Source of the DNA: the human T2T-CHM13v2.0 reference genome, Homo sapiens
NCBI RefSeq assembly: GCF_009914755.1
Contig: NC_060925.1
Direction: 5' to 3' (one strand)
DNA: 64,000 bases
Shown here: piece by piece, positions 19,122 through 41,345 of the stretch
How the letters are laid out: each line of letters begins with the position of its first letter
How positions within the stretch are numbered: the stretch's first letter is position 1
Made by a program: the position numbers and the translations under genes
The notes under the pieces: generated by a model
What the model saw: the letters and a program-made list of their open reading frames with translations, nothing else
Databases searched by the model: none
Told to the model about the DNA's origin: nothing

Positions 19122-19881
19122 TGAAACAGTGCAGTGGCACAATCTCAGCTCACTGCAACCTCCACTTTCCATGTTCAAGTGATTCTCATGCCTCAGCCTC
19201 CCGAGTAGCTGGGATTACAGGTATGTGTCACCATGCCCAGCTAATTTTTGTATTTTTAGTAGACACTGGGTTTTGCCATGTTGGCCAGGCTGGTCTCAAG
19301 TGATCCGCCCGCCTCAGCCTCCCAAAGTGCTGGGATTACAGGTGTAAGCCACCGCACCTGGCTCTTTTTTTGTTTTGTTTTGTTAAGTATAAAACCTCAC
19401 CTGGAAGCACCAGCCCTTTCTGAGTGTGCGGGCCTGTGCCACTGCGTGGGTTGCACGTCCATTAAGCTGGTCTACCTGCCATCCACTTCCTCAACCCAAT
19501 GGCATTCTCCTGTTTCTTAGATATGTACCAACCGGTTTTCTGTTTTATCTTAGCATGGCTCACTACTCCTCATTAGGGTCTCTCAGCGAAGGGGGTAGCC
19601 TTTTTTTTTTTTTTTTTTTTTTTTGAGACAGAGTCTTGCTCTGCTGCCCAGGCTGGAGTGCAGTGGCCAGATCTCCACTCACTGCAATCTCTTTGGTTCA
19701 AGCATTCTCCTGCCTCAGCCTCCCAAGTAGCTGGGATTACTGGCCCACGCCCGGCTAATTTTTGTATTTTTAGTAGAGATGGGGTTTCACCATGTTGGCC
19801 AGGCTGGTCTCGGACTCCTGACCTCAGGTGATCCACCCGCCACCACTCCAGCCTGGGCAACAGAGTCTGAGACTCCGTCTC

Positions 19882-19909
<28 letters not shown>

Positions 19910-19912
<3 letters not shown>

Positions 19913-20285
19913 ATACTGGCATAGAGTGAACCCCTAATCCAATATGACTGGTATCCTTATAAAAATACTTTTTTTTTGGAGACGGAGTCTCTCTCTGTCG
20001 CCCCAGGCTGGAGTGCAGTGGCGCGATCTCGACTCACTGCAACCAAAAGGAGACATTTTGACATGGAGACATATACAGGGAATATGCCCTGTGAACATGA
20101 AGATGGCCATATGCAAGCCCAGGAGAGAAGCCTGGAAGAGACCGTTTCCTCACAGCGCTCAGAAGGAAAGAACCCTGCCAACATCTTGCTTTCAGATGCC
20201 CCCAGGATTGTCAGACAATAAGATCTGTTATTGACGCCACCGGGTTGGTGATACTTAGGTACAGCAGCCCTAGCAAACGAATACA
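19910..20285 (+). mobile_element. MLT1 (MaLR) LTR, 5'-truncated, with a short Alu fragment inserted
   Basis: 'ccctaatccaatatgactggtatccttataaaa...cagcagccctagcaaacgaataca'. Confidence 0.75.
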
Positions 20286-20799
20286 CCCCCATGAGAACTA
20301 AGCTCCCTGAGAGCGGTAAGCTGCCTTGTCTTGCTCACAGCTGACAAGAACACGCCTGTACGGTCACTTAGCACCTAGTACTGCCATTTAACCGTTTCAC
20401 TAGTATGTATGAACCGGAGAGCCTGTCAAGGGAAGAGCTGAATCTTTTATCTTTTGTAACGACTACCCAGTGAAAGAAACCGCGGGTATGCAATAAAAAC
20501 CTGTTGAATCGATTAAACCATTTCCCTTATTTCCAGATTTTTGCGGAAAGCGCCAGTAGGTGAAATATGTGCGGACTGATGAGTCAAAGCTCTTATTCCC
20601 TGGACTGCATTAATACCCACGACGTGCTTTTCGCTCTCCAGACAAAGAGACCGGTACTTGGCAGGTCCCTCAAGTGGGACTCAAAAGACCGAACCGAGCT
20701 GCAGCCTTTCGCTAGCACTGGTCCTCGCCCCTTTTGGCATCTTGGTACTTGTAGTTTTGTCCACTCTATCTTTACCCGAAAAGCCAGCGCTGAGACCAC

Positions 20800-21450
20800 A
20801 ACTCCCATCACCCTGCGAGCACCAGCGCCTTCAGAGCGCATCCTCCGAGGGGCACCAGCGCCATTGACCACCCTGCTGGCCGAAGGGCCCGCCTTCCCGA
20901 GGCCAGGCGCTCCCGCGATTGGCCAGCCGCCCCGCCTCTCATCGGAGGGCGCCAGGTGAATGAAAGGGGGGCGTGTCGGTGCGCGGTGCTCCGTGGCTGC
21001 GCTGCTGGAACCCGCTGGAAGGTGAGCGCGAAGAAGCGGGTTGGCGCTGCCGCTTTCGTTGGTTTGGGGAGGATTCCTAGCACCCGGGAGGCTGGCTGGA
21101 GATTGGGGTTAGCGGGCAGGGTTGCCCCCACTCAGTCATCCTCCTTCGGACCGCTTGGCCCTGGCAACTCCTGGGACCTCCGCCCCGCGAGCCCTTCTAG
21201 CGTGGGGAGGGGCAGGCGCGGCCGTGGGGCCCCAGCTTCCCTGTCATTGGGTGTCCTCCGCGTCGTCCAGCCGGGGGTCGCGGCGCCGACTACTTCCACG
21301 GTGAATGGTGCCCAGGCGTGGGGGGCTCGGCCACACTGGAGAAGTGCCAGCGGCAGCGATGGCCACTTTGTCCGCGGGAGGCCATGGGAGGGGCTAGGCC
21401 TTGGGGTCCCACCCTCGGGGGCCGTGCCCTGTAGCTGGTTCTGGTGGCCT
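20800..21450 (+). promoter_or_regulatory. ZBTB8B: CpG-island promoter of ZBTB8B
   Basis: GC/CpG-rich. Inverted CCAAT box (gattggc ~20917) and GC boxes (ccgccccgcc ~20926, gggggcgtg ~20967) lie just upstream of a strong splice donor. Confidence 0.88.
20985..21021 (+). other. ZBTB8B: Non-coding exon 1 (start approximate)
   Basis: Donor AAG|GTGAGC at 21021/21022, immediately downstream of the core promoter motifs. TSS inferred, not visible. Confidence 0.7.
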
Positions 21451-21816
21451 CTCTGCAGGTCGTCTGATGCTGGACGGGGGAGGGTCTGTCTTGCGAGCAG
21501 TTTAGATGCAGTTGACCCTGAAATTCTTCGTATGGAAATGGAAACTTCTCCAGTGTCCTTCTCCTCCGATCCATGCCTAAAAGAAAGGAGTGACTTCCCC
21601 AACCTGTCGCATCGTGTCCTGGAGGGTTTGAGGAGGCCGGTTAGCATAGTGGTTAAGGATGTCAACCCGGGAGTCAGTCGGATCTCTGTTCTATTACTAA
21701 CTTGGTGATGTTATCTGCATCTTTGAATCTCAGTTCCTCCTCTGAAAAAGAGGATGTAGTTAGAGTATCTGTCGTACTGGATTATTGTGAGGTGAAAACT
21801 AATGTGCTTGTAAAAG

Positions 21817-26450
<4,634 letters not shown>

Positions 26451-26548
26451 GAAATCTTGTTTGTAAAGGTTGGGATTTGTGAATTAACTTAAGAAAAATC
26501 TTGGCAGAGATACAGGTTTGCTCTGGAGCAGCAGCAGCTGGCGGAGCA

Positions 26549-27539
26549 ATGGAGATGCAATCCTATTATGCCAAGCTTTTGGGGGAGCTGAATGAACAGA
26601 GAAAGAGGGACTTTTTCTGTGACTGCAGCATCATTGTGGAAGGGCGGATCTTCAAGGCCCACAGGAACATTTTGTTTGCTAACAGCGGCTACTTCCGAGC
26701 CCTGCTCATTCACTATATCCAGGACAGCGGGCGGCATAGCACCGCCTCCTTGGACATTGTCACCTCTGATGCCTTCTCCATCATCTTAGATTTCCTCTAT
26801 TCTGGGAAGTTGGATTTGTGTGGGGAGAATGTGATTGAAGTGATGTCGGCTGCCAGCTACCTGCAGATGAATGACGTGGTGAACTTCTGCAAGACATACA
26901 TTAGGTCATCCCTCGACATTTGCCGAAAGATGGAGAAGGAGGCTGCTGTGGCTGCAGCAGTGGCGGCGGCAGCGGCGGCGGCTGCAGCGGCGGCAGCAGC
27001 GGCGGCTCATCAGGTTGACAGTGAAAGCCCCAGTTCAGGCCGGGAGGGGACCTCCTGTGGTACCAAGAGCTTGGTCTCCTCTCCAGCCGAGGGAGAAAAG
27101 AGCGTGGAGTGCCTGAGAGAGTCCCCTTGCGGTGACTGCGGAGACTGCCACCCCTTGGAACTGGTGGTGAGAGACAGCCTTGGCGGTGGCTCGGCTGACA
27201 GCAACCTCTCTACTCCACCCAAACGGATAGAGCCCAAGGTGGAATTTGATGCTGATGAAGTGGAGGTGGACGTTGGTGAACAGCTGCAGCAGTATGCTGC
27301 CCCGCTGAACCTGGCCCACGTGGAGGAGGCCTTGCCAAGCGGCCAGGCGGTTGACTTGGCTTACAGCAACTACCACGTGAAGCAGTTCCTGGAGGCGCTC
27401 TTGCGCAACAGCGCTGCCCCGAGCAAGGATGATGCAGACCATCACTTTTCTAGGAGTTTGGAAGGAAGACCAGAAGGTGCAGGAGTAGCCATGAGTTCCA
27501 TGATGGATGTCCAGGCTGACTGGTATGGAGAGGACTCAG
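26549..27539 (+). CDS. ZBTB8B: ZBTB8B coding exon (exon 2): BTB/POZ domain, poly-Ala tract, linker
   Basis: ATG in strong context (gcaATGg). [49 protein letters not shown]...DFLYSGKL...[10 protein letters not shown] is a classic ZBTB BTB domain. Donor CAG|GTGAGC; 991 coding nt (phase 1). Acceptor probably at 26507/26508. Confidence 0.97.
26942..27007 (+). repeat. ZBTB8B: GCN repeat encoding AAVAAAV(A)15
   Basis: 20 Ala in 22 codons; 15 uninterrupted Ala at 26963-27007. Confidence 0.95.
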
Positions 27540-27607
27540 GTGAGCTCCCTTAGCATTCATCAGCCCTGCCAGTGATTGAGTACACACTGTCTGTGCCTTG
27601 TGTTCTC

Positions 27608-28070
27608 CCATCATCATGATCATTATCACCATCATCATTGTCACTACCAACATTATCAGTACCATCATCACCAGTACCATCATCATTACCATCATCACCA
27701 GTATCGTCATCATTACCATCATCACTACCATCATCACCAGTACCATCATTACCATCATCACCAGTACCATCATCATCATTACCATCATCTCCAGTATCAC
27801 CATCATCAGTACCATCATCATCACTATCATCATCACCAGTACTATTCATTACCATCATCACCAGTACCATCATCATCATTACCATCATCTCCAGTATCAC
27901 CATCATCATTACCATCATCATCAGTACCATCATCATCACTACCATCATCACCAGTACCATCATCATTACCATCATCACCAGTACCATCATCATCACTACC
28001 ATCATCACCAGTATCACCATCTCATTATGATCATCATCAGTCACCATTATTGCCACCACCACCACCACCA
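27608..28070 (+). repeat. (CAT/CAC)-based minisatellite with a ~27-30-bp higher-order unit
   Basis: Repeating 'caccagtaccatcatcat(cat)taccatcat' variants. Confidence 0.95.
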
Positions 28071-28352
28071 ATATGCATTAATTGAGCACCTGCTATATGC
28101 AGGGCATTATTTCTTCATGTATGTTTGTGTTTTACCTCTACAACTGGAATGTAAGTGTGTTGGGGGCAGTTTGGAGACATGGGAGGAACCCACTCTCTTC
28201 CACTAACCGGCAGTGGGACCTTGGTTAAATCATTGAATCTCTTTGAGTCTGTTTTGTCATCTGTAAAACGGGAATAATCATCCCTGCCCTGCCTCTCTCA
28301 CAGGTTTGTTGTGGGGACCAAATGAGAGAGTTTTCAGAACTTTTTCTCACAT

Positions 28353-28420
28353 ATCATCTTAGATTTCCTCTATGCTGGGAGGTCAGTTTTGTGTGGGGAG
28401 AATGAGATTGAAGTGATGTC
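28353..28420 (+). repeat. 68-bp direct copy of exon-2 BTB sequence (26780-26847)
   Basis: 62/68 identical by manual ungapped alignment. Confidence 0.93.
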
Positions 28421-28528
28421 CAGAGATATATGCTCCAGAGATTTATACTTCTCTGTGTCAGCCAAGGTGCTTGTCAGAGACTAGGCACCCAGCCTGGCAT
28501 GCTTGATGATGCCATCTACTTGAGACTA

Positions 28529-35480
<6,952 letters not shown>

Positions 35481-35498
35481 AGGAGAAATCTCGGAATA

Positions 35499-35679
35499 TA
35501 GTTGACCCTCTGTGTCCATAACTTCTGCATCCGTGGTTCCGTGGATTCAACCAACCACATATGGAAAATACAGTATTCACAGGATCCGCAGGGCTGACTT
35601 TGGGACTTGAGCATCCTTGGATTTTGGTATCCAAGGAGTATCCTGGAACCAATTCCCAGTGGGTACCAAGGGATGACTA
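35499..35679. mobile_element. MER2/Tigger-type non-autonomous DNA transposon
   Basis: Imperfect TIRs (tagttgaccctc ... aagggatgacta) with TA flanks and the internal 'gtggattcaaccaacc' signature. Confidence 0.65.
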
Positions 35680-36015
35680 TAGCAGTAAGTGTAACTCACA
35701 GAACTTGAATGGAACAGTTTCTATACATGTGAGTGATAATCACATTGTCACCTTAATGGTTATATGAGCAAGGTGAGGGAATAAATTGGAAAAAGATTTA
35801 AGTGAATTCCTGGATATTTGATGATTTCAGATATATAGAGTTAATATAAATTCCAAACAATTTAGGGTCTTCATCAAAGCAAGCCTCTTCTATGTATACT
35901 TAGAAAATATTCTTAGGAACTACTGTCCAAGAAAGCATGAATTCTGGTCTAGAAATCTGATCCATCATAACAGCGTTTTCCAAGTTCTGAAGGTAGTGAG
36001 ATCAATTCAGAGGGT

Positions 36016-36416
36016 TGTATTAGTCAGCTCAGGCTGCCACAACAGAGTGCCCCAGACTGGGAAGCTTAAACAACAGAAATGTATCCTCATAGTTCTAGAG
36101 GCTCCAGCAGAGTTGGGTTCTGGTGAGGCCTCTTCCTGATTTGCAGATGGCAGCCTTCCCACTGTGTCCTCACATAGCCTTTCCTCTGTGTGTGCTGGGG
36201 GTGGGGGTGAGAGGAATGGTGGGGGGTATGCAGGGAGAAGGAGAGAGAGATCAGTCGATCTCTGGTGTCTCTTCCTCTTCTTATAAGGAAACCAGTCCTA
36301 TCATTAGGGCCCCACCTTATAAACTCATTTAACCTTAATTACCTTCTTAAGGGCTTTATCTCCAAATACAGACTTCAAGGTATGAATTTTAGGGGGACAC
36401 AATTAAGTCCATAACA
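36016..36416 (-). mobile_element. MLT1A-like LTR
   Basis: tgtattagtcagctcaggctgccacaacagagtgcc...gggggacacaattaagtccataaca. Confidence 0.75.
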
Positions 36417-36817
36417 GAGTCTCACCCAGCAGTCTTAAAATGAAACCAAACAGAATAAACACTATCAGGGTGAGTATTGTTTTGGGAAACTTTTCCAGTT
36501 ATCCACATAAGGCACGTGTGTTCTGAGGTTGCAGTGCAAGCTGAGTTTCTGTCAGTCACACAGAAGTGTGGAAGCTGGTGCCTTATAGCATTCCCGACAT
36601 TATAAGAAGTCCACTTTACTTTATCCTGGGGCTGACTGGGAGCCAGACTGAGTTGGAATTGCAGACGATGTCTTGCTGTTGGCTGGTGGCGGAGTTGGTG
36701 TCCTCCTCTTCTATCTGGGCTGGTGGAATTCCCCAGCTCTGGATCCCATCCACCGGCGGGTAGCCAGGGTTGGTCACTGCATACAGCACAGCTAAATGAA
36801 AGCATTTGGTTCCCCAG

Positions 36818-36996
36818 GTGATGTGCTGGTGGTCCCCATCAAGCTCCACAAGTGTCCTTTCTGCCCTTACACTGCCAAACAGAAGGGCATCCTCAAGCGG
36901 CACATCCGTTCACACACAGGCGAGCGGCCCTACCCCTGTGAGACCTGCGGCAAGAGGTTCACTCGACAAGAGCACCTGCGGAGCCACGCACTGAGT
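36818..36996 (+). CDS. ZBTB8B: ZBTB8B coding exon 3: two C2H2 zinc fingers
   Basis: Acceptor ttccccag|G, donor AGT|GTAAGT; 179 nt restores the frame (991+179=1170). Encodes [48 protein letters not shown]. Confidence 0.97.
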
Positions 36997-37554
36997 GTAA
37001 GTGTTCGAGCTGGCCATGCCCTTGTGGCAAGAGCTATTCATGATATCATCTAATGGAAGGGTGAAGCCAGCCTGTCTTTCATTTCTCTGTCTACTGGGGT
37101 ATTTTCAGATAATTTCCACGTATGTTTTTACTACTAAATTAAAGCTCAGGTGGTGGCACTTACAGAAAGTTAAAACTTTATATGTTAGAGTTAAGTTTTA
37201 ACTTCAAGTTAGACTAGTTTTCTAAGGGGAAGAGCCAAGAAAGTTTAGATCCTGATAAGAGGTGATTATTGTAATGTAGAGAACAACAGGGCTCAGACAG
37301 GATTGTGGATCTCTTCCTACCAGTGTGATACCAAAGGTAAGCTGCATCCTCAGTTTCCCACCGAGCCCCAGCACCTAGGGGTAAGGGAAGGGTATACTGC
37401 CATGTATAGAGCTACCTGTGGGCAGCAGACAAAAAGGGCTCCAGCCCAAGGAGACCCTCCCCTCTAACAAGCTGCCCCCTAGCATTGTCTCCATGTGAGC
37501 TGGTGATTCCAACCCGCTGAAAACCATTCAGGCCACTTAGAAAGATGTTATATT

Positions 37555-37890
37555 TATTTATTTATTTAAACTTTTAGGTTCAGGGGTAAACGAGAAGGTT
37601 TGTTACATGGGTAAACTCATGTCACAGGGGTTTGTTGTACAGATTATTTCATCACCCAGGAATTAGTTCTCTTTGCTCCTCTCCCACCTCCCACCCTCCG
37701 GTAGACCCCAGTGTCTGCCGTTTCCTTCTTTGTGTTCATAAGTTCTCATCATTTAGCTCCCACTTATAAGTGAGAACATGTTGTATTTGGTTTTCTGTTC
37801 CTATGTTAGTTTGCTGAGGATAATAGCCTCCAGCTCTATCCATGTTCCCACAAAACACATGATCTCATTCTTTTTAATGGCTGCAGATGT
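37555..37890 (-). mobile_element. L1P (L1PA/PB) 3' end fragment
   Basis: 'tcatcatttagctcccacttataagtgagaacatg...tatttggttttctgttcc' is an antisense L1 3'UTR with a T-rich tail. Confidence 0.85.
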
Positions 37891-38336
37891 TGCATTTTAT
37901 GATCATCTTTTTTTGTTTTGTTTTGTTTGAGACAGAGTCTCACTCTGTCACCCAGGCTGCAGAGATCACAGCTCACTGCAGCCTTGACCTCCCAAGGCAC
38001 AGGTGATTCTCTCACCTGAGCCCCTACGCAGGTAGCTGGAACTACAGGCACACACCACCATGCCCAGCTAACGTGTTTTTTTGTTGTTGTTGTTTTTTGT
38101 TTTTTTGTAGAGACAGGGTTTTTCCAGGTTGCCCAGGCTGGTCTTGAACTCCTGGGCTCAAGCGATCTGCCTGCCTCAGCCTCCCAAAGTGCTGGGATTA
38201 TAGGCATGAGCCACCATGTGCAGTTATGATTGTCTTTGAGCAAGACAATCAGTGTTTGGGAAATCTAACATACAAATAGTTTGATCTTCAATGGACGCTC
38301 TTAAGAATACGAAAACTGGCCGGGCGCAGGGGCTCA

Positions 38337-38701
<365 letters not shown>

Positions 38702-39054
38702 TTATAATGCAATAGTAAAAGGATGAATAACTCAATTAAACCTGGGCAAAGGATTTGAATAGATATTTCTCAGGAAAAGATAGACAAATGGCCAATAAGC
38801 ACATGAAAAGATGCTCAACATCATTACTCATAGGGTAAATGCAAATCAAAGTGAGATGCCACTTCCCACCCACTAGGACTGCGCTAATTGTGGGTGGCTC
38901 TCCTGCATCAGCCTCTCCCCGTCTCTGCCTCTTGCTTGCACCCAGAGCTCTCTAGAAGAGAGGCTGTGATTGGTTCACAGAGCCCCTATCGGCTGGAGTT
39001 CCTGAAAAGTGTACACATTAAAAAGATAGTTCCTAGGCCCAGCACGGTGGCTCA

Positions 39055-39435
<381 letters not shown>

Positions 39436-39471
39436 CTAGCAAATCTGCCTTCCTAATAATTAAACAATCCA

Positions 39472-39646
39472 AGAGGTGGGGGGATGGGGGAAGGACAGCA
39501 TTAGGAGAAATACCTAATGTGAATGACGAGTTAATGGGTGCAGCACACCAACATGGCATGTGTATACATATGTAACAAACCTGCATGTTGTGCACATGTA
39601 CCCTAGAACTTAAAGTATACTTTAATAAAAATAAAAATAAATAAAA
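39472..39646 (+). mobile_element. L1PA extreme 3' end, sense to ZBTB8B
   Basis: 'gcattaggagaaatacctaatgt...gtaacaaacctgcatgttgtgcacatgtaccctagaacttaaagtata' followed by an AATAAA-containing tail. Confidence 0.9.
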
Positions 39647-40470
39647 TGTCAATTACCAAAGGTGTCCAATGAGAGGGAAAAAAAAAACCATGTCAAAAAT
39701 CCTAATGAGAGTCAGATGCAGTGGCACACACCTATATTCCCAGCTACTTGGGAAACTGAGGCAGGGGGATCACTCGAGCCCAGGAGTTCAAGTCCAGCTT
39801 GGGCAACATAGCAAGATAGCAAGACCCCATCTCTAAAAAAAAAAATCCTGGCCAACTATGGTGGCTCACGCTTGAAATCTCAACACCTTACGAGGCCAAG
39901 GTGGAAGGATCACTTTAGGCCAGGAGTTCAAGACCAGTCTGGGCAACATAGTGAGACTCCACCTCTACAAGAAATAAAAAATTAGCCAGGCATGATGATA
40001 TGTGGGCGCCTGTGGTCCCAGCTGCTTGGGAGGCTGGAGGGGGAGGATCGCTTGAGCCCAGGAGTTCAGGGCTTTAGTAAGCTATTATCATGTCACTGCA
40101 CTCCAGCCTGGGTGACAGAGAAAGACCCTGTCTCTGGAAAAAAAAAAAAAAAATCCCAATCAGTTCACTTTCATTTGAGTGCTTTTTGTATGCCAAGCAC
40201 TAGGGATATAGTAAGGAATGGGACAGACTCTGTCCCTGCCCTCTTAGAGCTTCCACTCTAGTGACTTTTATGAACAATTTGTGAGAAGTACAACAAAGGA
40301 AGAAGTATGGGTGAGAATCGCTAGGTGGAGGCCCTAACTGGCCTAGAGCATCAGGAAAGACCTCCTTCCAAGGTGTTCATAAGGGGTGAAGGGTTGATGA
40401 TGGGCAGAAGGGAATGTCCCACATGTGTCCGGTGGCTCCGGGGTAGAAAGAACCTTGGTAAGATGAAGAC

Positions 40471-40889
40471 TCATATGGTTTGGATCTCTGTCCCCACTCA
40501 AATCTCATGTTGAAATGTAATCCCTAATGCTGGAAGTGGGGCCTGGTGGGAGGTGGTTGCATCATGGGGGCAGTTTCTCATGGTTTAACGCCATCCCTAC
40601 TTGGTGCTGTCATCGTGATAGTGAGTTTTCATGAGATCTGGTTGTTTGAAAATATGTGTTACCTCCCCCTTCTTTCTCTTCCCCCTGCTCTGGCCATGTG
40701 AAGTGCCGGCTCCCCCTTTGTCTTCTGCCACAATTGTAAGTTTCCTGAGGCCTCCCTAGAAGCCAAGCAGATGCCAGCATCATGCTTCCTGTACAGCCTG
40801 TGGAACTGTGAGCCAATTAAACCTCTTTTCTTTATAAATTACCCAGTCTCAGGTATTTCTTTATAGCAGTGCAAGAACAGACTAATACA
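40471..40889 (+). mobile_element. MST (MaLR) solo LTR
   Basis: 'atatggtttggatctctgtccccactcaaatctcatgttgaaatgtaatcc...agactaataca'. Confidence 0.85.
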
Positions 40890-41027
40890 AAGACTGTGGC
40901 AGAGAATGCAGGTGGAGTGCTGAAAAAGGAATCGGGAGGATCAGGCAGGGGCCAGATCACACGGGGCCTTGTGGAAAACACTCATCTCCTTTTCTGTGAC
41001 ATCTACTGTGTCTGCTTGTGATTACAG

Positions 41028-41345
41028 GTCCACAGATCCAACCGTCCAATCATCTGCAAGGGCTGCAGGAGAACATTCACGAGTCACCTGTCCCAGGGGC
41101 TGCGGCGCTTCGGGCTGTGTGACAGCTGCACCTGCGTTACAGACACACCCGATGATGATGATGATTTGATGCCCATCAACCTTAGCTTGGTGGAGGCTTC
41201 ATCTGAAAGCCAAGAAAAGAGCGACACAGACAATGACTGGCCAATCTATGTGGAGTCGGGTGAGGAAAATGACCCTGCTGGAGATGATTCTGATGACAAA
41301 CCACAAATTCAGCCTAACTTATCAGACCGAGAGACACTTACGTAG
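41028..41345 (+). CDS. ZBTB8B: ZBTB8B last coding exon (exon 4), completing a 495-aa protein
   Basis: Acceptor ttacag|GTC, phase 0. Encodes VHRSNRPIICKGCRRTF...LSDRETLT then TAG at 41343-41345, and supplies the last His of finger 2. 390+105=495 aa. Confidence 0.95.
   Translation, partial: VHRSNRPIICKGCRRTFTSHLSQGLRRFGLCDSCTCVTDTPDDDDDLMPINLSLVEASSESQEKSDTDNDWPIYVESGEENDPAGDDSDDKPQIQPNLSDRETLT

Noticed and set aside
20567-21708. Long overlapping ORFs (up to 250 aa) at the promoter
   Set aside because: GC-rich stop-codon depletion, non-ATG starts, and they cross the exon-1 donor; no recognisable domain.
26501-26548. N-terminal extension [16 protein letters not shown] from the ORF track
   Set aside because: It begins at a TTG lying in the intron/acceptor. 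The first ATG, in strong context, is at 26549.
27608-28070. CRISPR-like array
   Set aside because: No unique spacers, no cas genes, and a primate intronic context. It is a simple tandem repeat.
27450-28206. His-rich, Ile/Thr-rich, Ser/Pro-rich and Met/Val-rich ORFs
   Set aside because: They arise from the CAT/CAC minisatellite lacking stops. Exon-2 read-through terminates at 27553, before the repeat.
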